Origin: an uncultured Nitrososphaerales archaeon
GTDB taxonomy: Archaea > Thermoproteota > Nitrososphaeria > Nitrososphaerales > JACAEJ01
Length of the DNA: 64,000 nt
Direction of reading: 5' to 3'
NCBI GenBank assembly: GCA_938091495.1
Contig: CALLJF010000012.1
Span: forward strand, 32,154 to 96,153
Both the position numbers and the translations under genes were made by a program. Below are positions 54,963-64,000 of the stretch, piece after piece (the stretch's first letter is position 1; every line of letters begins with the position of its first letter). Under the pieces are notes generated by a model. That model worked only from the letters and a program-made list of their open reading frames with translations, was not told where the DNA came from and searched no databases.

Positions 54963-55755
54963 AACTAATACAAGCTTAGACTTTAGAGAAGGCATAATTA
55001 GAAAAAGATTAGATAAGATAAACAGAACAATCCTCGTTACAAGTGGCAAAGGAGGGGTAGGAAAAAGCATGGTGGCAACAACCATGGCAGCTTCGATGGC
55101 AAAGTCTGGTATGAAAGTTGGTCTTTTAGACGCTGATGTTTATGGACCTTCTTCTGCTTTTATTTTCAAGGTGAAAGATTTGCCAAGAGAAGATAGGCAC
55201 GGTCTTTTGCCTCCAGTTTCTAATGGTGTAAAAGTTATGTCTCTAGATTTATTCGTTAAAGGAAAACCTCTTCCAATAAGTGGAAAAGGGGCTAGACAGA
55301 TCATCAAAGAATTGCTTGCACTAACAGAATGGGGGGATTTGGATTTCTTGATAGTAGATACACCTCCTGGCACTGGTGATGTTTTGATGACTTTGATCAA
55401 GACTTTAGGAAACAAGTCAAGTTCTATAGTAGTGACTTTACCAACAGCCCTCTCCACATCTATTGTTCGAAGGGTTATAGAGCTATTGCTATCTTCACAA
55501 ATCCCTATACTAGGTGTGCTAGAGAATATGTCATATATAGCCAGTAGCAAGACAAGACCTATACAAAGTAGTGAAGGAAAGTCACTCGCATCAGAATTTG
55601 GTGTGAAATTTCTAGGAGAGTTGCCCATAGATTATGAGGCATCCAAAGTTGCTGATGCTGGCGATATGCAATCTTTACTTAAGACCGATTTTGCAAGGGC
55701 TCTAGTAATTTCACTAGAAAAATTGAACCTCATAAAAAATGTGGAATTATCTTAG
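54955..55755 (+). CDS. Mrp/MinD-family P-loop ATPase (ATPase-type HypB candidate)
   Basis: 266 aa with deviant Walker A GKGGVGKS. It sits directly downstream of and overlaps hypA, the arrangement described for the Mrp/MinD-type HypB of Thermococcus. Confidence 0.7.
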   Translation: MSKTNTSLDFREGIIRKRLDKINRTILVTSGKGGVGKSMVATTMAASMAKSGMKVGLLDADVYGPSSAFIFKVKDLPREDRHGLLPPVSNGVKVMSLDLFVKGKPLPISGKGARQIIKELLALTEWGDLDFLIVDTPPGTGDVLMTLIKTLGNKSSSIVVTLPTALSTSIVRRVIELLLSSQIPILGVLENMSYIASSKTRPIQSSEGKSLASEFGVKFLGELPIDYEASKVADAGDMQSLLKTDFARALVISLEKLNLIKNVELS

Positions 55756-55818
55756 TAAGATGCTGTTTTAAAAAATAAGAAGGCGGATACAGTTATTCGT
55801 GTCATAGATATTAAATTC

Positions 55819-56070
55819 CTAGATGTTGCCTGTTTCGGGTCCATCATTGAATAGGTCATACTCAACATTCTCTTTCACTACGTTGAACGCTATGATGTTG
55901 TAACTTGTTTCGAACATGCTATCAGGACTGAACCGGACGATTCCTATACCGTTGTCTCTTACTGTATTCCAAACTATCGTATTGTTGCTCGATTCTACCT
56001 AGTCGATTTATCCTATGCTAATATCCCTTGGTCTAGCATCTGGGATATAAAATCTTCTATGCTCCCACAT
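55819..56070 (-). pseudogene. Remnant of a parallel beta-helix (PbH1) repeat protein
   Basis: One frame reads MWEHRRFYIPDARPRDISIG*ID*VESSNNTIVWNTVRDNGIGIVRFSPDSMFETSYNIIAFNVVKENVEYDLFNDGPETGNI*. The N-x-I/V-x-x-N and DNGIGI periodicity is PbH1-like. There are two in-frame stops. Confidence 0.35.
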
Positions 56071-56079
56071 CATTATCGA

Positions 56080-56202
56080 TGCGGGGGGTGGGATTTGAAC
56101 CCACGAAGGCCTTAGCCAGCAGATCTTGAGTTTAGGCTTTTTAACTGCCCCCTTTTGTCGTCTAATTTAAGTTTGGCTTTAACCTGGCTTGGGGACCCCC
56201 GC
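56080..56202 (-). tRNA. tRNA-Leu (anticodon CAA), two predicted non-canonical introns, CCA not encoded
   Basis: Gene-sense sequence: GCGGGGGTCCCCAAGCCAGGTTAAAG[CCAAACTTAAATTAGACGACAAAA]GGGGGCAG[TTAAAAAGCCTAA]ACTCAAGATCTGCTGGCTAAGGCCTTCGTGGGTTCAAATCCCACCCCCCGCA. The anticodon stem GCAGA/TCTGC and loop CTCAAGA appear only if 13 nt are removed from within the 5' strand of the anticodon stem. A D-arm insert sits at the same place as in tRNA-Leu(UAG). Confidence 0.7.
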
Positions 56203-56240
56203 AATATCAAATAAAATTCTCTATAATTAATTCTTTATCA

Positions 56241-56456
56241 TCATCTAGGAGATAAGAAAGAAATTACAAGGATAAAGATGAACATAACTACAAAGAATAG
56301 CAGATAGAGCCTGCTCGTCCTTCTAGCCTTCTTTTGTGCTTTTAATTCTTTTTCTCGACACTCGTTGGAGCAATAATCTTTACCCCAGGGTATGGATTTG
56401 CCACATACTTTACAATGTGTATGTAAAGGAATTGGTCCTCTTTCTCTTGCAGACAT
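56241..56456 (-). CDS. Zn-ribbon plus C-terminal TM small protein (DUF2116-like)
   Basis: 71 aa. HCKVCGKSIPWGKDYCSNEC followed by a basic linker and one TM helix. Confidence 0.55.
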   Translation of the reverse strand: MSARERGPIPLHTHCKVCGKSIPWGKDYCSNECREKELKAQKKARRTSRLYLLFFVVMFIFILVISFLSPR

Positions 56457-56465
56457 TTTTAACGC

Positions 56466-57167
56466 CTAATATTCATTGTTCTTTTGAACTTTTTCGTTGC
56501 TAATAACTGTACCTATCCTTTCGCCTTTTATTGCCAACCTAATGCCTTCAGGTTTAAAGCCATTTAGTATTATGGCCTTTATGCCGGATTCTCTAAGAAT
56601 TCTTACTGCCTTTGCATCCAAGACGCTATGCATGCCTGGTTTGTGCTTCGCTTTTGAGATATCGCTCAACTCATCAAAGCTGATATAGTCAAGCTTCTTA
56701 GCCTCAGGATAAATTTTAGGATCTCTAGTGTAAACTCCTTCTTGATCTGTTGCTTTAATTAACAGATCAGCCTTGATGGCTTTAGCGATCATGGCTGCAA
56801 CAGAGTCTGTGGTCATGCCTGGTTTCAATCCGCCCATAACAGTTATGCTCGAAACTCTCAACAATCGGGTGAGTTGACCTATTGAAGACGGAATTACGTC
56901 TGGCGCTATACCTTTAAGCATCTTGGCCAGAAGTCTAGCGTTTAACCTGGAGACCAATATAGCCAAATCATCTTTATCTTCGTCCTTTAAGCCCAAAACC
57001 TCAGCCGTCTCTATGTATTGCCTTGAGAGAGGGCCGCCGCCAACGACAATAACAAGAACGTGTCCCTCCTCCTTTAACCTTAAAATTTGCTCTGCATAAG
57101 ACTTTAAGATTAAGGGGTTAGGTGGAGAGCCTATTATCGAACCGCCTATCCTTAGAACTATCTTCAT
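56466..57167 (-). CDS. pyrH: UMP kinase (archaeal type)
   Basis: 233 aa. Amino-acid-kinase fold with MKIVLRIGGS, VVGGGPLSR and GMTTDSVAA. Confidence 0.85.
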   Translation of the reverse strand: MKIVLRIGGSIIGSPPNPLILKSYAEQILRLKEEGHVLVIVVGGGPLSRQYIETAEVLGLKDEDKDDLAILVSRLNARLLAKMLKGIAPDVIPSSIGQLTRLLRVSSITVMGGLKPGMTTDSVAAMIAKAIKADLLIKATDQEGVYTRDPKIYPEAKKLDYISFDELSDISKAKHKPGMHSVLDAKAVRILRESGIKAIILNGFKPEGIRLAIKGERIGTVISNEKVQKNNEY

Positions 57168-57260
57168 ACCAATGCTCCAAGTTTTTGAAATATTCTTAAC
57201 TTATTTATGCCTATCCCAATTCAAACGATAGCTATTAATTCATCTTCATGGGTTATATGT

Positions 57261-58517
57261 ATGATGAGTTCAAGAGTCGATTCAGTAGCATTCTACAAGA
57301 TGAAAAGGACTTTGGCAGAACTCTCTACTAAAAAAGGTAGAGGCACTGAGCTAGTGTCATTATATATACCGCCAAAAAGGCCATTGCACGAGGTCATAAG
57401 TGCTTTAAAAGATGAGTATGGTACAGCATCTAACATAAAGTCTGACAGCACTAGAACACACGTTCAAGACGCTTTGGTGAAGATCATGCAAAGATTGAAA
57501 CTCTATGATAAAACACCTGAAAACGGGCTTGCCATATTTTGTGGTGCCTTGCCTCTAAGCCCTAACGCCCCGCTTGGTAGCGAAGTTCTACAACTGTATG
57601 AGGTACTGCCTCACAAGCCAATACAAACCTATCTTTATAGATGCGATGATCATTTTCACCTAGAGCCCCTTCGTGAAATGATAAAAGAGGAAAAAATTAT
57701 AGGAATCATCTCCATAGATAATACTGAAGCGGGGCTTGGAATAGTATCGGGCAATAGACTAGAAGTTGTAGACGTGGTTACTTCAGGAGTATCGGGAAAG
57801 CATAGAGCAGGAGGGCAGTCAGCTAGAAGGTTTGAACGCCTCAGAGAAGCTGAGATTAACGATTATTTCAACAGATTAGCAAAACATGCGACCAAAGTCT
57901 TCTTAGAGCAGTATAGCATCAAAGGTTTGGTAATAGGAGGGCCTGGTCCTACCAAAGACTATTTCTTAAAAGGGGAGTATCTAGATTACAGGTTGCAAGA
58001 CAAAGTATTGGCAGTCGTGGATACTTCTTATTCAGGGAGGGAAGGGATAAGGGAGACTATAGATAGGGCTAAAAGTGTTCTGCAAGACTTGAGAATAATA
58101 GAAGAAAAGGAACTAGTCAAGAAATTCTTAAATGAAGTCTCTTCAGACAAAGGCTTGGCAATATATGGAGTTCAAGAAGTGATAGATTCTTTGAAAAGGG
58201 GGAATGTGCATACCATTCTTGTTTCTGAGGATGTGGGTCTTGAATATCTTCAAGTAACGTGCAAAAAGTGTGGCTCAGTTAGAGAGGTCGTGATCGATCA
58301 AGAAAGCAAGATCTCTGAAAAACAGAAGTTAATCTCAGAACCATGCCCTTCATGTGGCAGTAATGACATTGAAATAGTTGAGAAAGATTTTATCGATTTC
58401 CTGGCTGACAAAGCCATAGATTCAGGAACCAAAGTAGAGGTCATATCTTCTAAGAGTGAGGAGGGAGTCATGTTCAAGAGCTTTGGAGGAGTTGGAGCTC
58501 TCCTAAGATATAGATGA
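57261..58517 (+). CDS. prf1: Peptide chain release factor aRF1
   Basis: NIKS motif (TASNIKS), GGQ motif (AGGQSARRF), and a C-terminal zinc-ribbon insert. The start was moved to the ATG at 57261. Confidence 0.9.
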   Translation: MMSSRVDSVAFYKMKRTLAELSTKKGRGTELVSLYIPPKRPLHEVISALKDEYGTASNIKSDSTRTHVQDALVKIMQRLKLYDKTPENGLAIFCGALPLSPNAPLGSEVLQLYEVLPHKPIQTYLYRCDDHFHLEPLREMIKEEKIIGIISIDNTEAGLGIVSGNRLEVVDVVTSGVSGKHRAGGQSARRFERLREAEINDYFNRLAKHATKVFLEQYSIKGLVIGGPGPTKDYFLKGEYLDYRLQDKVLAVVDTSYSGREGIRETIDRAKSVLQDLRIIEEKELVKKFLNEVSSDKGLAIYGVQEVIDSLKRGNVHTILVSEDVGLEYLQVTCKKCGSVREVVIDQESKISEKQKLISEPCPSCGSNDIEIVEKDFIDFLADKAIDSGTKVEVISSKSEEGVMFKSFGGVGALLRYR

Positions 58518-58606
58518 GATACTAGACATGTCCTTCTTGCATTATGACCTTTTAGCTTAAATATTGTATATTCTCTTTTAACTCTCCAAGACCGATTGGT
58601 GTCTTA

Positions 58607-60955
58607 ATGAATTTCGTTTCAAAGATAAGGGAGAAAAGATGGAATCCGAGTTTAGAAGAAAAGATCTTTGAGAAATGGCAAAAGGATGGCATATTCCATT
58701 TCAATGAGAAAAGTAGAAAGCCTTTGTTCAGCATAGATACCCCCCCGCCCTATGTCAATACTCCTGTTCATATTGGGCATGCATACACTTACGTATGGAT
58801 GGATGTGATGGCAAGGTACAAGAGGATGCTAGGGTATAGTGTTCTATTCCCTATGGGTCTGGATAAAAATGGATTGCCTATAGAGGTTCAGACAGAAAGA
58901 GAGTTCAACATTAGGATGAGTGATATACCTCGTCAAGATTTCATAGAAAAATGCAGAACGTTACTTAAAAAATATGGAGACATATCTTTGGATACTTTCA
59001 AAAAATTAGGCTTAAGCTGCAATTCATGGGATAAAAAGTACGAATTAGGAGGTAGATACGATACGGACGATCCTGAGTACAGAAGGCTTACTCAAGAGAC
59101 TTTCATCCATCTTTGGAAGAAGGGTCTAATTTATGAGGGAATAAAGACCATGAACTACTGCCCAGTCTGCAAAACAGCCATATCTGATGCTGAGGTAGAA
59201 TATGTTGAAGATTATACAGATCTAAACTACATAAGATTCAAAGTAAAAGAGAGTCAAGAAGATGTAATCATAGCAACGACAAGACCTGAGTTGCTTTGCG
59301 CTTGTAAATTGGTACTCTTCAACCCTAGCGATGATAGATATGAAAAACTAGAAAATATGCACGCTATTGTCCCAATTTATAACAACGAAGTTAAGATAAT
59401 CGCTCATCCTTACGCAAAGCCTGAGTTCGGCACCGGATTGGTGATGATATGTAGTTATGGAGATTATGGCGACGTAAGGCTTCTTAGAGAACTTAACATA
59501 GAACCAACTTATGCTATAGACAAAGAAGGTAAGATGAACGAAAATGCAGGAAAGTATGCTGGTTTAAGTGTCTCAAAGGCTAGAGAGCAGATTGTAAAGG
59601 ATTTAGAGAGCGCGGGTCTATTAGTAAAGAAGGAGAGTATAAAGCATAGAATGCCAATTTGTGAACGCTCCAAAGACCCTATAGAATTCATAGCTATGAA
59701 TGAGATTTATCTGAAGCAAGTAGATTACAAGGACGAAATTCGAAAGATGGCTGATGAGATGAGTTTCTATGCACAAGAGAGTAAGCAGATTCTGATAGAC
59801 TGGATTGATTCAATAAGCACAGACTGGGTAATATCACGCAGAAGATATTATGGTACAGAGATTCCTCTGTGGTACTGTAAGAATTGTGGCAATGTTATTT
59901 TACCGGAACCAGGCAAATATTATCAGCCTTGGAAAGATAGATGCCCAATCAATAAATGCCCAAGATGTAGTGGTGAAGAATTCGAAGGGGAAGAGAGAAT
60001 CTTTGATACTTGGTTCGATTCTAGCACATCAGAAGTCTATATTCTGGGCTATCTTTGGGATAAAAAATTCTTTAATAAAAAATTCCCGTGCAGTATGAGA
60101 CCCCAAGGAAAAGAAATAGTTAGAAACTGGCTTTATTTCACTCTTTTGAAATCCTATCACTTATTTGGGAAGAAGCCTTTTGAAAACGTTTGGGTACACA
60201 TGCACGTAGTAGATGAGAAAGGAGAGAAGATGAGCAAGAGCAAGGGTAACATAATAGATCCCCAAGATGTGATCAAAAAATTCGGTGCTGAAGGTTTCAG
60301 AATATGGGCTTGTTTAGAAGGAGATATAACCAAAGGCGATATAAGATGCTCCTTTGAGAGGATAGAAGGGCATGCAAAATTCATAACAAAACTTTGGAAT
60401 ATTGCAAGGTTCGTTTCCACTTTCCCAAGAGTCAACGCAAAACCTCAAGATACTGATAAATGGATTCTAGGAGAGCTATCGAGGCTAATAGAAGATGTGA
60501 AAAAGAGTTATGACAGATATGCCTTCAATGATGTTGCAACTTTGATCAGAAACTTCACCTGGAATTTATTTGCATCAAATTACATCGAGATGGTGAAGGC
60601 AAGAGCTTACGGTCAAGAGTTTTCAAAAGAAGAGCAGAAAGCATCATGGTTTACATTGAACGAGTGTTTAAGAAACGTTCTTTTATTATTAGCTCCAATA
60701 ATGCCCTTTTTTACTGAGCATGTATGGTCTACAATCTATGGTGGAAAGAGCATCCATCTTAAAAAATTTCCAAAAGCAAAGTGGGATAAGAGCTTAAATC
60801 GACTAACACAAAAACTCATAGATTTCAATTCGTTCTTATGGAATAAGAAGAAAGAGGAAGGATTGTCTTTAAAGGACCCCATCAAGATTATGGTGCCAGA
60901 GAATCTCATGATTTTCTATAAAGATTTGAAAGCCATGCATAACATTATCGATTGA
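58607..60955 (+). CDS. valS: Valyl-tRNA synthetase
   Basis: 782 aa. TPPPYVNTPVHIGHAY (HIGH), KMSKSKGN, and an editing domain. The size and N-terminal pattern fit archaeal ValRS rather than IleRS or LeuRS. Confidence 0.8.
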   Translation: MNFVSKIREKRWNPSLEEKIFEKWQKDGIFHFNEKSRKPLFSIDTPPPYVNTPVHIGHAYTYVWMDVMARYKRMLGYSVLFPMGLDKNGLPIEVQTEREFNIRMSDIPRQDFIEKCRTLLKKYGDISLDTFKKLGLSCNSWDKKYELGGRYDTDDPEYRRLTQETFIHLWKKGLIYEGIKTMNYCPVCKTAISDAEVEYVEDYTDLNYIRFKVKESQEDVIIATTRPELLCACKLVLFNPSDDRYEKLENMHAIVPIYNNEVKIIAHPYAKPEFGTGLVMICSYGDYGDVRLLRELNIEPTYAIDKEGKMNENAGKYAGLSVSKAREQIVKDLESAGLLVKKESIKHRMPICERSKDPIEFIAMNEIYLKQVDYKDEIRKMADEMSFYAQESKQILIDWIDSISTDWVISRRRYYGTEIPLWYCKNCGNVILPEPGKYYQPWKDRCPINKCPRCSGEEFEGEERIFDTWFDSSTSEVYILGYLWDKKFFNKKFPCSMRPQGKEIVRNWLYFTLLKSYHLFGKKPFENVWVHMHVVDEKGEKMSKSKGNIIDPQDVIKKFGAEGFRIWACLEGDITKGDIRCSFERIEGHAKFITKLWNIARFVSTFPRVNAKPQDTDKWILGELSRLIEDVKKSYDRYAFNDVATLIRNFTWNLFASNYIEMVKARAYGQEFSKEEQKASWFTLNECLRNVLLLLAPIMPFFTEHVWSTIYGGKSIHLKKFPKAKWDKSLNRLTQKLIDFNSFLWNKKKEEGLSLKDPIKIMVPENLMIFYKDLKAMHNIID

Positions 60956-61021
60956 AAAAACAAATTTTCACAAATTAGAGGAAGCTTTTTAACCTCTATC
61001 TTTTATCAGTCCATAGGCTAA

Positions 61022-63178
61022 TTGAAGCTCCCTAAGATCAAGATTTCAGCCTTAAAGCAAGTAGTAACGAAGCCCAAGGTAAAAAGGCGCACCTTACTGA
61101 TATCTCTAATACTCATAGTATCCTTCTCATCCGCTTTAATTATAAGAATGGCTCCTGCAAATTATGGCTTTTATCTGAACGAATTTGACCCTTATTTTGA
61201 TTATTATGCTACTAATTTCATTGTGAACAACGCTGAAAAATATGGATTAGGAGTTGTTTTATCAGATAATCCAAACATCAACTACTTTTTATGGCATGAC
61301 TATATGACTTGGTACCCAGAAGGCCGCGATGTAGCAGCTACATCTCAAGGAGGGTTACACTTTGCTGGAGCAATACTATTCTTACTCTTCAAGGATTTTT
61401 TTGGAATAAACATTTCCCTTTACGATTTTCTTGTTTTATTTCCAGTCTTCTTTGGGGCGTTAACGGTTTTTGCAATATTCCTTCTCACAAGGAGAATCGC
61501 AGGAACTACTGCGGGTCTTCTTGCCTCTTTGATAGTGGCCTTCTCCCCCCCTTTGATACAAAGGGGGAACCTTGGCTGGTTTAAGTCAGAGCCCTTTGCA
61601 TTATTCTTGACAGTCCTTTCAGCTTATTTCTTCCTAACTATATTCAGCCCGAAGGTAAAAAAGGCAGGCCTTGTCTGGAGAGCTATAGCATCTGGAATTT
61701 TGCTAGGTTATGCAAGTGCGTCTTGGGGAGGAGTTCAGTACTTCAACGGTGTAATGGGATTAGTTTTTCTAATTGCTCCTTTTCTTGATGTCGATCTAAA
61801 GAGAGTAATATATTCTGGTAGCATTTTCATTGCATCAGACCTTATAGTAGCCTCTGCCTTTCCAAGGCCTGGGCCTGGCATAATACTCTCTTCAGGTCTT
61901 GTCCTACTCGCTGGTCTTGCCTTTGCCATGATGGGTCTTTATGTGAAGAGTGTAACGGAGCCAAAGAATCATAGAAAAGCCCTCATAATATCCTTGGTAG
62001 CTTTCGCTTTACTTGGTCTATTTGTCGTCAGTACTGGCTTGATACCAAGTATTAGCGGCAGATACCTTACAGCAATATTCCCATTCCAAAGAACTGCGGA
62101 TCCTTTAGTAGAATCGGTGGCTGAGCACCAAACCTCAGCTGGCGTCTATTTCTTCACCTCGTTCTGGATTCTAATCTTCTTAGGCGTTTTCGGAGCTTTT
62201 ATGATGTTAAAGAAGAAGACCATATTCTCAGCCTATGCTTTGATTCTAGGAATTACCTCACTCTATGTAGCATCATCCTTTTCTAGGCTCATGGTATATG
62301 CTTCCATAGCCTTTTCTATACTTGCGGGTATAGGTTTCAGTGAACTATCATTCTCTCTGCTTAAGCCTGTGGCACCCATAACAAAAAGGAAGATAAAAGC
62401 CTATGCATTAAGGCCTGAGGTAAAGGTTTTCTCTGCCATCTTTATCATAGCCCTTCTAGCATCTGCCAACTATTATTGGTTACCACAGTATGATGCACCT
62501 GTCTCCATAGTCATCTCAGGTTTGCAGTATGATCCAGGCTTTGCTGTACCAGATTGGCTAGAAGCATTAACATGGATAAGAGAAAATACTCCTGAGAACG
62601 CTGTAATAATAGCATGGTGGGATTATGGCTACTGGATAACCGTAATGGGAAATAGGACTAGCTTGGCTGATAACGCAACGATAAACTCTACCAGGATACA
62701 AGAGATAGGGAGGCTATTCTTGTCGAATGAAACCGAGGCTAAAGGGATCATCAAAGAACTTGTAGGGGATAGACCAGCATACATAGCTGTTCTTTTCTCT
62801 GCCACTAGGTATCAAAACTTGGTATTGATAGGAGGAATTTCGCCTTACCTTTTGAATCTGGGTGGGGATGAAGGAAAGATTAACTGGTTTGCCGCCATAC
62901 CTCGCCTTAACGTTTCTCAGTTCGTAGATGATAATGGACTACCAACCGAATACTTCTGGAATAGCACAATACTAGGAAAGATGTTCCCAATGGATTACGA
63001 TAAGACTAGTTCGGATAACTACAAGACTCAACTTGGAATTCCAGCTAACTTTCCAGCCCAGATAGGCAACTACACCATAAAGTATCAAGATAGTGGCAGT
63101 CTTTTGAAGCTTTCTTTTGCCTCTTCATTCAATAGCTATGCCCAAGTTTTAATCTATCAGGTCATAGAGCAAAGTTAA
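61022..63178 (+). CDS. aglB: Oligosaccharyltransferase AglB (STT3 family)
   Basis: 718 aa with about 13 TM, then WWDYGYWI (the WWDYG motif). TTG start. Confidence 0.9.
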   Translation: MKLPKIKISALKQVVTKPKVKRRTLLISLILIVSFSSALIIRMAPANYGFYLNEFDPYFDYYATNFIVNNAEKYGLGVVLSDNPNINYFLWHDYMTWYPEGRDVAATSQGGLHFAGAILFLLFKDFFGINISLYDFLVLFPVFFGALTVFAIFLLTRRIAGTTAGLLASLIVAFSPPLIQRGNLGWFKSEPFALFLTVLSAYFFLTIFSPKVKKAGLVWRAIASGILLGYASASWGGVQYFNGVMGLVFLIAPFLDVDLKRVIYSGSIFIASDLIVASAFPRPGPGIILSSGLVLLAGLAFAMMGLYVKSVTEPKNHRKALIISLVAFALLGLFVVSTGLIPSISGRYLTAIFPFQRTADPLVESVAEHQTSAGVYFFTSFWILIFLGVFGAFMMLKKKTIFSAYALILGITSLYVASSFSRLMVYASIAFSILAGIGFSELSFSLLKPVAPITKRKIKAYALRPEVKVFSAIFIIALLASANYYWLPQYDAPVSIVISGLQYDPGFAVPDWLEALTWIRENTPENAVIIAWWDYGYWITVMGNRTSLADNATINSTRIQEIGRLFLSNETEAKGIIKELVGDRPAYIAVLFSATRYQNLVLIGGISPYLLNLGGDEGKINWFAAIPRLNVSQFVDDNGLPTEYFWNSTILGKMFPMDYDKTSSDNYKTQLGIPANFPAQIGNYTIKYQDSGSLLKLSFASSFNSYAQVLIYQVIEQS

Positions 63179-63264
63179 ACCTAAGGAGATTTTTACTTAA
63201 CCTTTTCATACATACATCTTTAAATTTGAGCAAAAAATTTCTATAACAAAGGGTCTAATCGTTC

Positions 63265-63726
63265 ATGAGCAAGGAAGAAGAGATTTCAATAAGAGACATG
63301 ACTCTAGATGATCTACCGAGAGTTTTTCATATCGGAGAAGAGATCTTCACTAGCGAAAGATTCCCTCTGATGTATAGAACTTGGGATCAATTTGAGATAG
63401 CCTCTTTATACACTACTGATGCAGAATTTTGTGTTGTGGCTGAAAGGAACAAAAAAGTAATTGGATTTGTAATGGCTACTACAATAAGGAAACCACGATC
63501 AGCTTGGAAGTATGGATACGTGGTCTGGCTGGGCGTGAAGAGAAGGTATCATAGGCATGGAATTGGCGAAAGATTGTATAGAGAAGTAGAGAGAAGATTG
63601 GAACAAGCAGGAATAAGGATGATGATAGTGGACATTGAGCAAGGGAATGATGAAGCCTTAAACTTCTTTGAAAAGATGGGCTTTAATACAAAAAAAGAGT
63701 TTATTTGGATGACAAAGACTCTATAA
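63265..63726 (+). CDS. GNAT-family N-acetyltransferase
   Basis: 153 aa. Acetyl-CoA motif A is RRYHRHGIGERLY. Typical GNAT layout. Confidence 0.8.
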   Translation: MSKEEEISIRDMTLDDLPRVFHIGEEIFTSERFPLMYRTWDQFEIASLYTTDAEFCVVAERNKKVIGFVMATTIRKPRSAWKYGYVVWLGVKRRYHRHGIGERLYREVERRLEQAGIRMMIVDIEQGNDEALNFFEKMGFNTKKEFIWMTKTL

Positions 63727-63735
63727 AAGAGTGTT

Positions 63736-63912
63736 TTATTCGTTCTTTTCTAAATACCTATCTCTGACTCTATATCTAGCATATCTGTCATCAGGAGAAA
63801 ACTTGGCAGGATGAGGAGAAATAGTTTCGCTACCACATTTAGGGCATTGCTTTTTTAATGTATAAATGCTACAATTTGGACATTTCCTCAACAATTTCTC
63901 CAAAGGCATCAT
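63736..63912 (-). CDS. nop10: H/ACA RNP protein Nop10
   Basis: 58 aa, below the track cutoff. [54 protein letters not shown] carries the Nop10 zinc ribbon and PxxFSPxDxY motif. Confidence 0.85.
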   Translation of the reverse strand: MMPLEKLLRKCPNCSIYTLKKQCPKCGSETISPHPAKFSPDDRYARYRVRDRYLEKNE

Positions 63913-64000
63913 CCTTCTTTCTTAAAAGAAAAGCTCCCTCCCTTCTTTTCCATGCTTTCCTTTACTTTTTGAGTAACTAACTCTAATGCTTTCTCTGCTA
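63909..64000 (-). CDS. C-terminal end of an upstream gene, probably aIF-2 alpha (partial, runs off the window)
   Basis: Reads ...[29 protein letters not shown], with its TGA overlapping the Nop10 ATG (ATGATG). The aIF2alpha-Nop10 gene order is widely conserved in archaea. The identity rests mainly on that synteny. Confidence 0.4.
   Translation of the reverse strand, partial: AEKALELVTQKVKESMEKKGGSFSFKKEG

Noticed and set aside
1-64000. CRISPR arrays, rRNA genes, transposases and integrases
   Set aside because: Reading through the window, I saw no regularly spaced direct repeats, no rRNA-like GC-rich blocks and no DDE, tyrosine or serine recombinase motifs in any listed ORF.

Overview
AT-rich archaeal chromosomal segment, densely packed with about 65 protein genes and 5 tRNAs, mostly core housekeeping. 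It carries translation factors (EF-1alpha, aIF-1A, aIF-2beta, a partial aIF-2alpha, aRF1), tRNA synthetases (Arg, His, Met, Val), and replication/topology genes (RFC small subunit, Topo VI A and B, Alba). It also carries L40e and Nop10, sulfur amino-acid/SAM-cycle enzymes, SufCB, a complete hypECFDAB maturation set, and the AglB oligosaccharyltransferase. The gene content, Alba and multi-intron tRNAs suggest a TACK/Thermoproteota-like archaeon; this is inference only. No CRISPR array, rRNA, transposase or integrase was seen. Main non-routine observations: (1) three nested copies of the promoter and 5' end of one zinc-ribbon membrane gene, interleaved with a RelE toxin-antitoxin pair and a coiled-coil gene; (2) three of the five tRNA genes need two introns each to fold, including D-arm and anticodon-stem positions; (3) a 446-aa LAGLIDADG intein in RFC; (4) a second, divergent ThiC-like gene in a co-directional block with a decayed AAA+/vWA gene and a divergent PEPCK-like gene; (5) many gene remnants, plus several single-base homopolymer frameshifts that could be assembly errors. 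Caveats: all calls rest on reading translations and remembered family motifs, with no searches run. Many starts in the ORF track are TTG/GTG longest-ORF starts and several were moved to internal ATGs.
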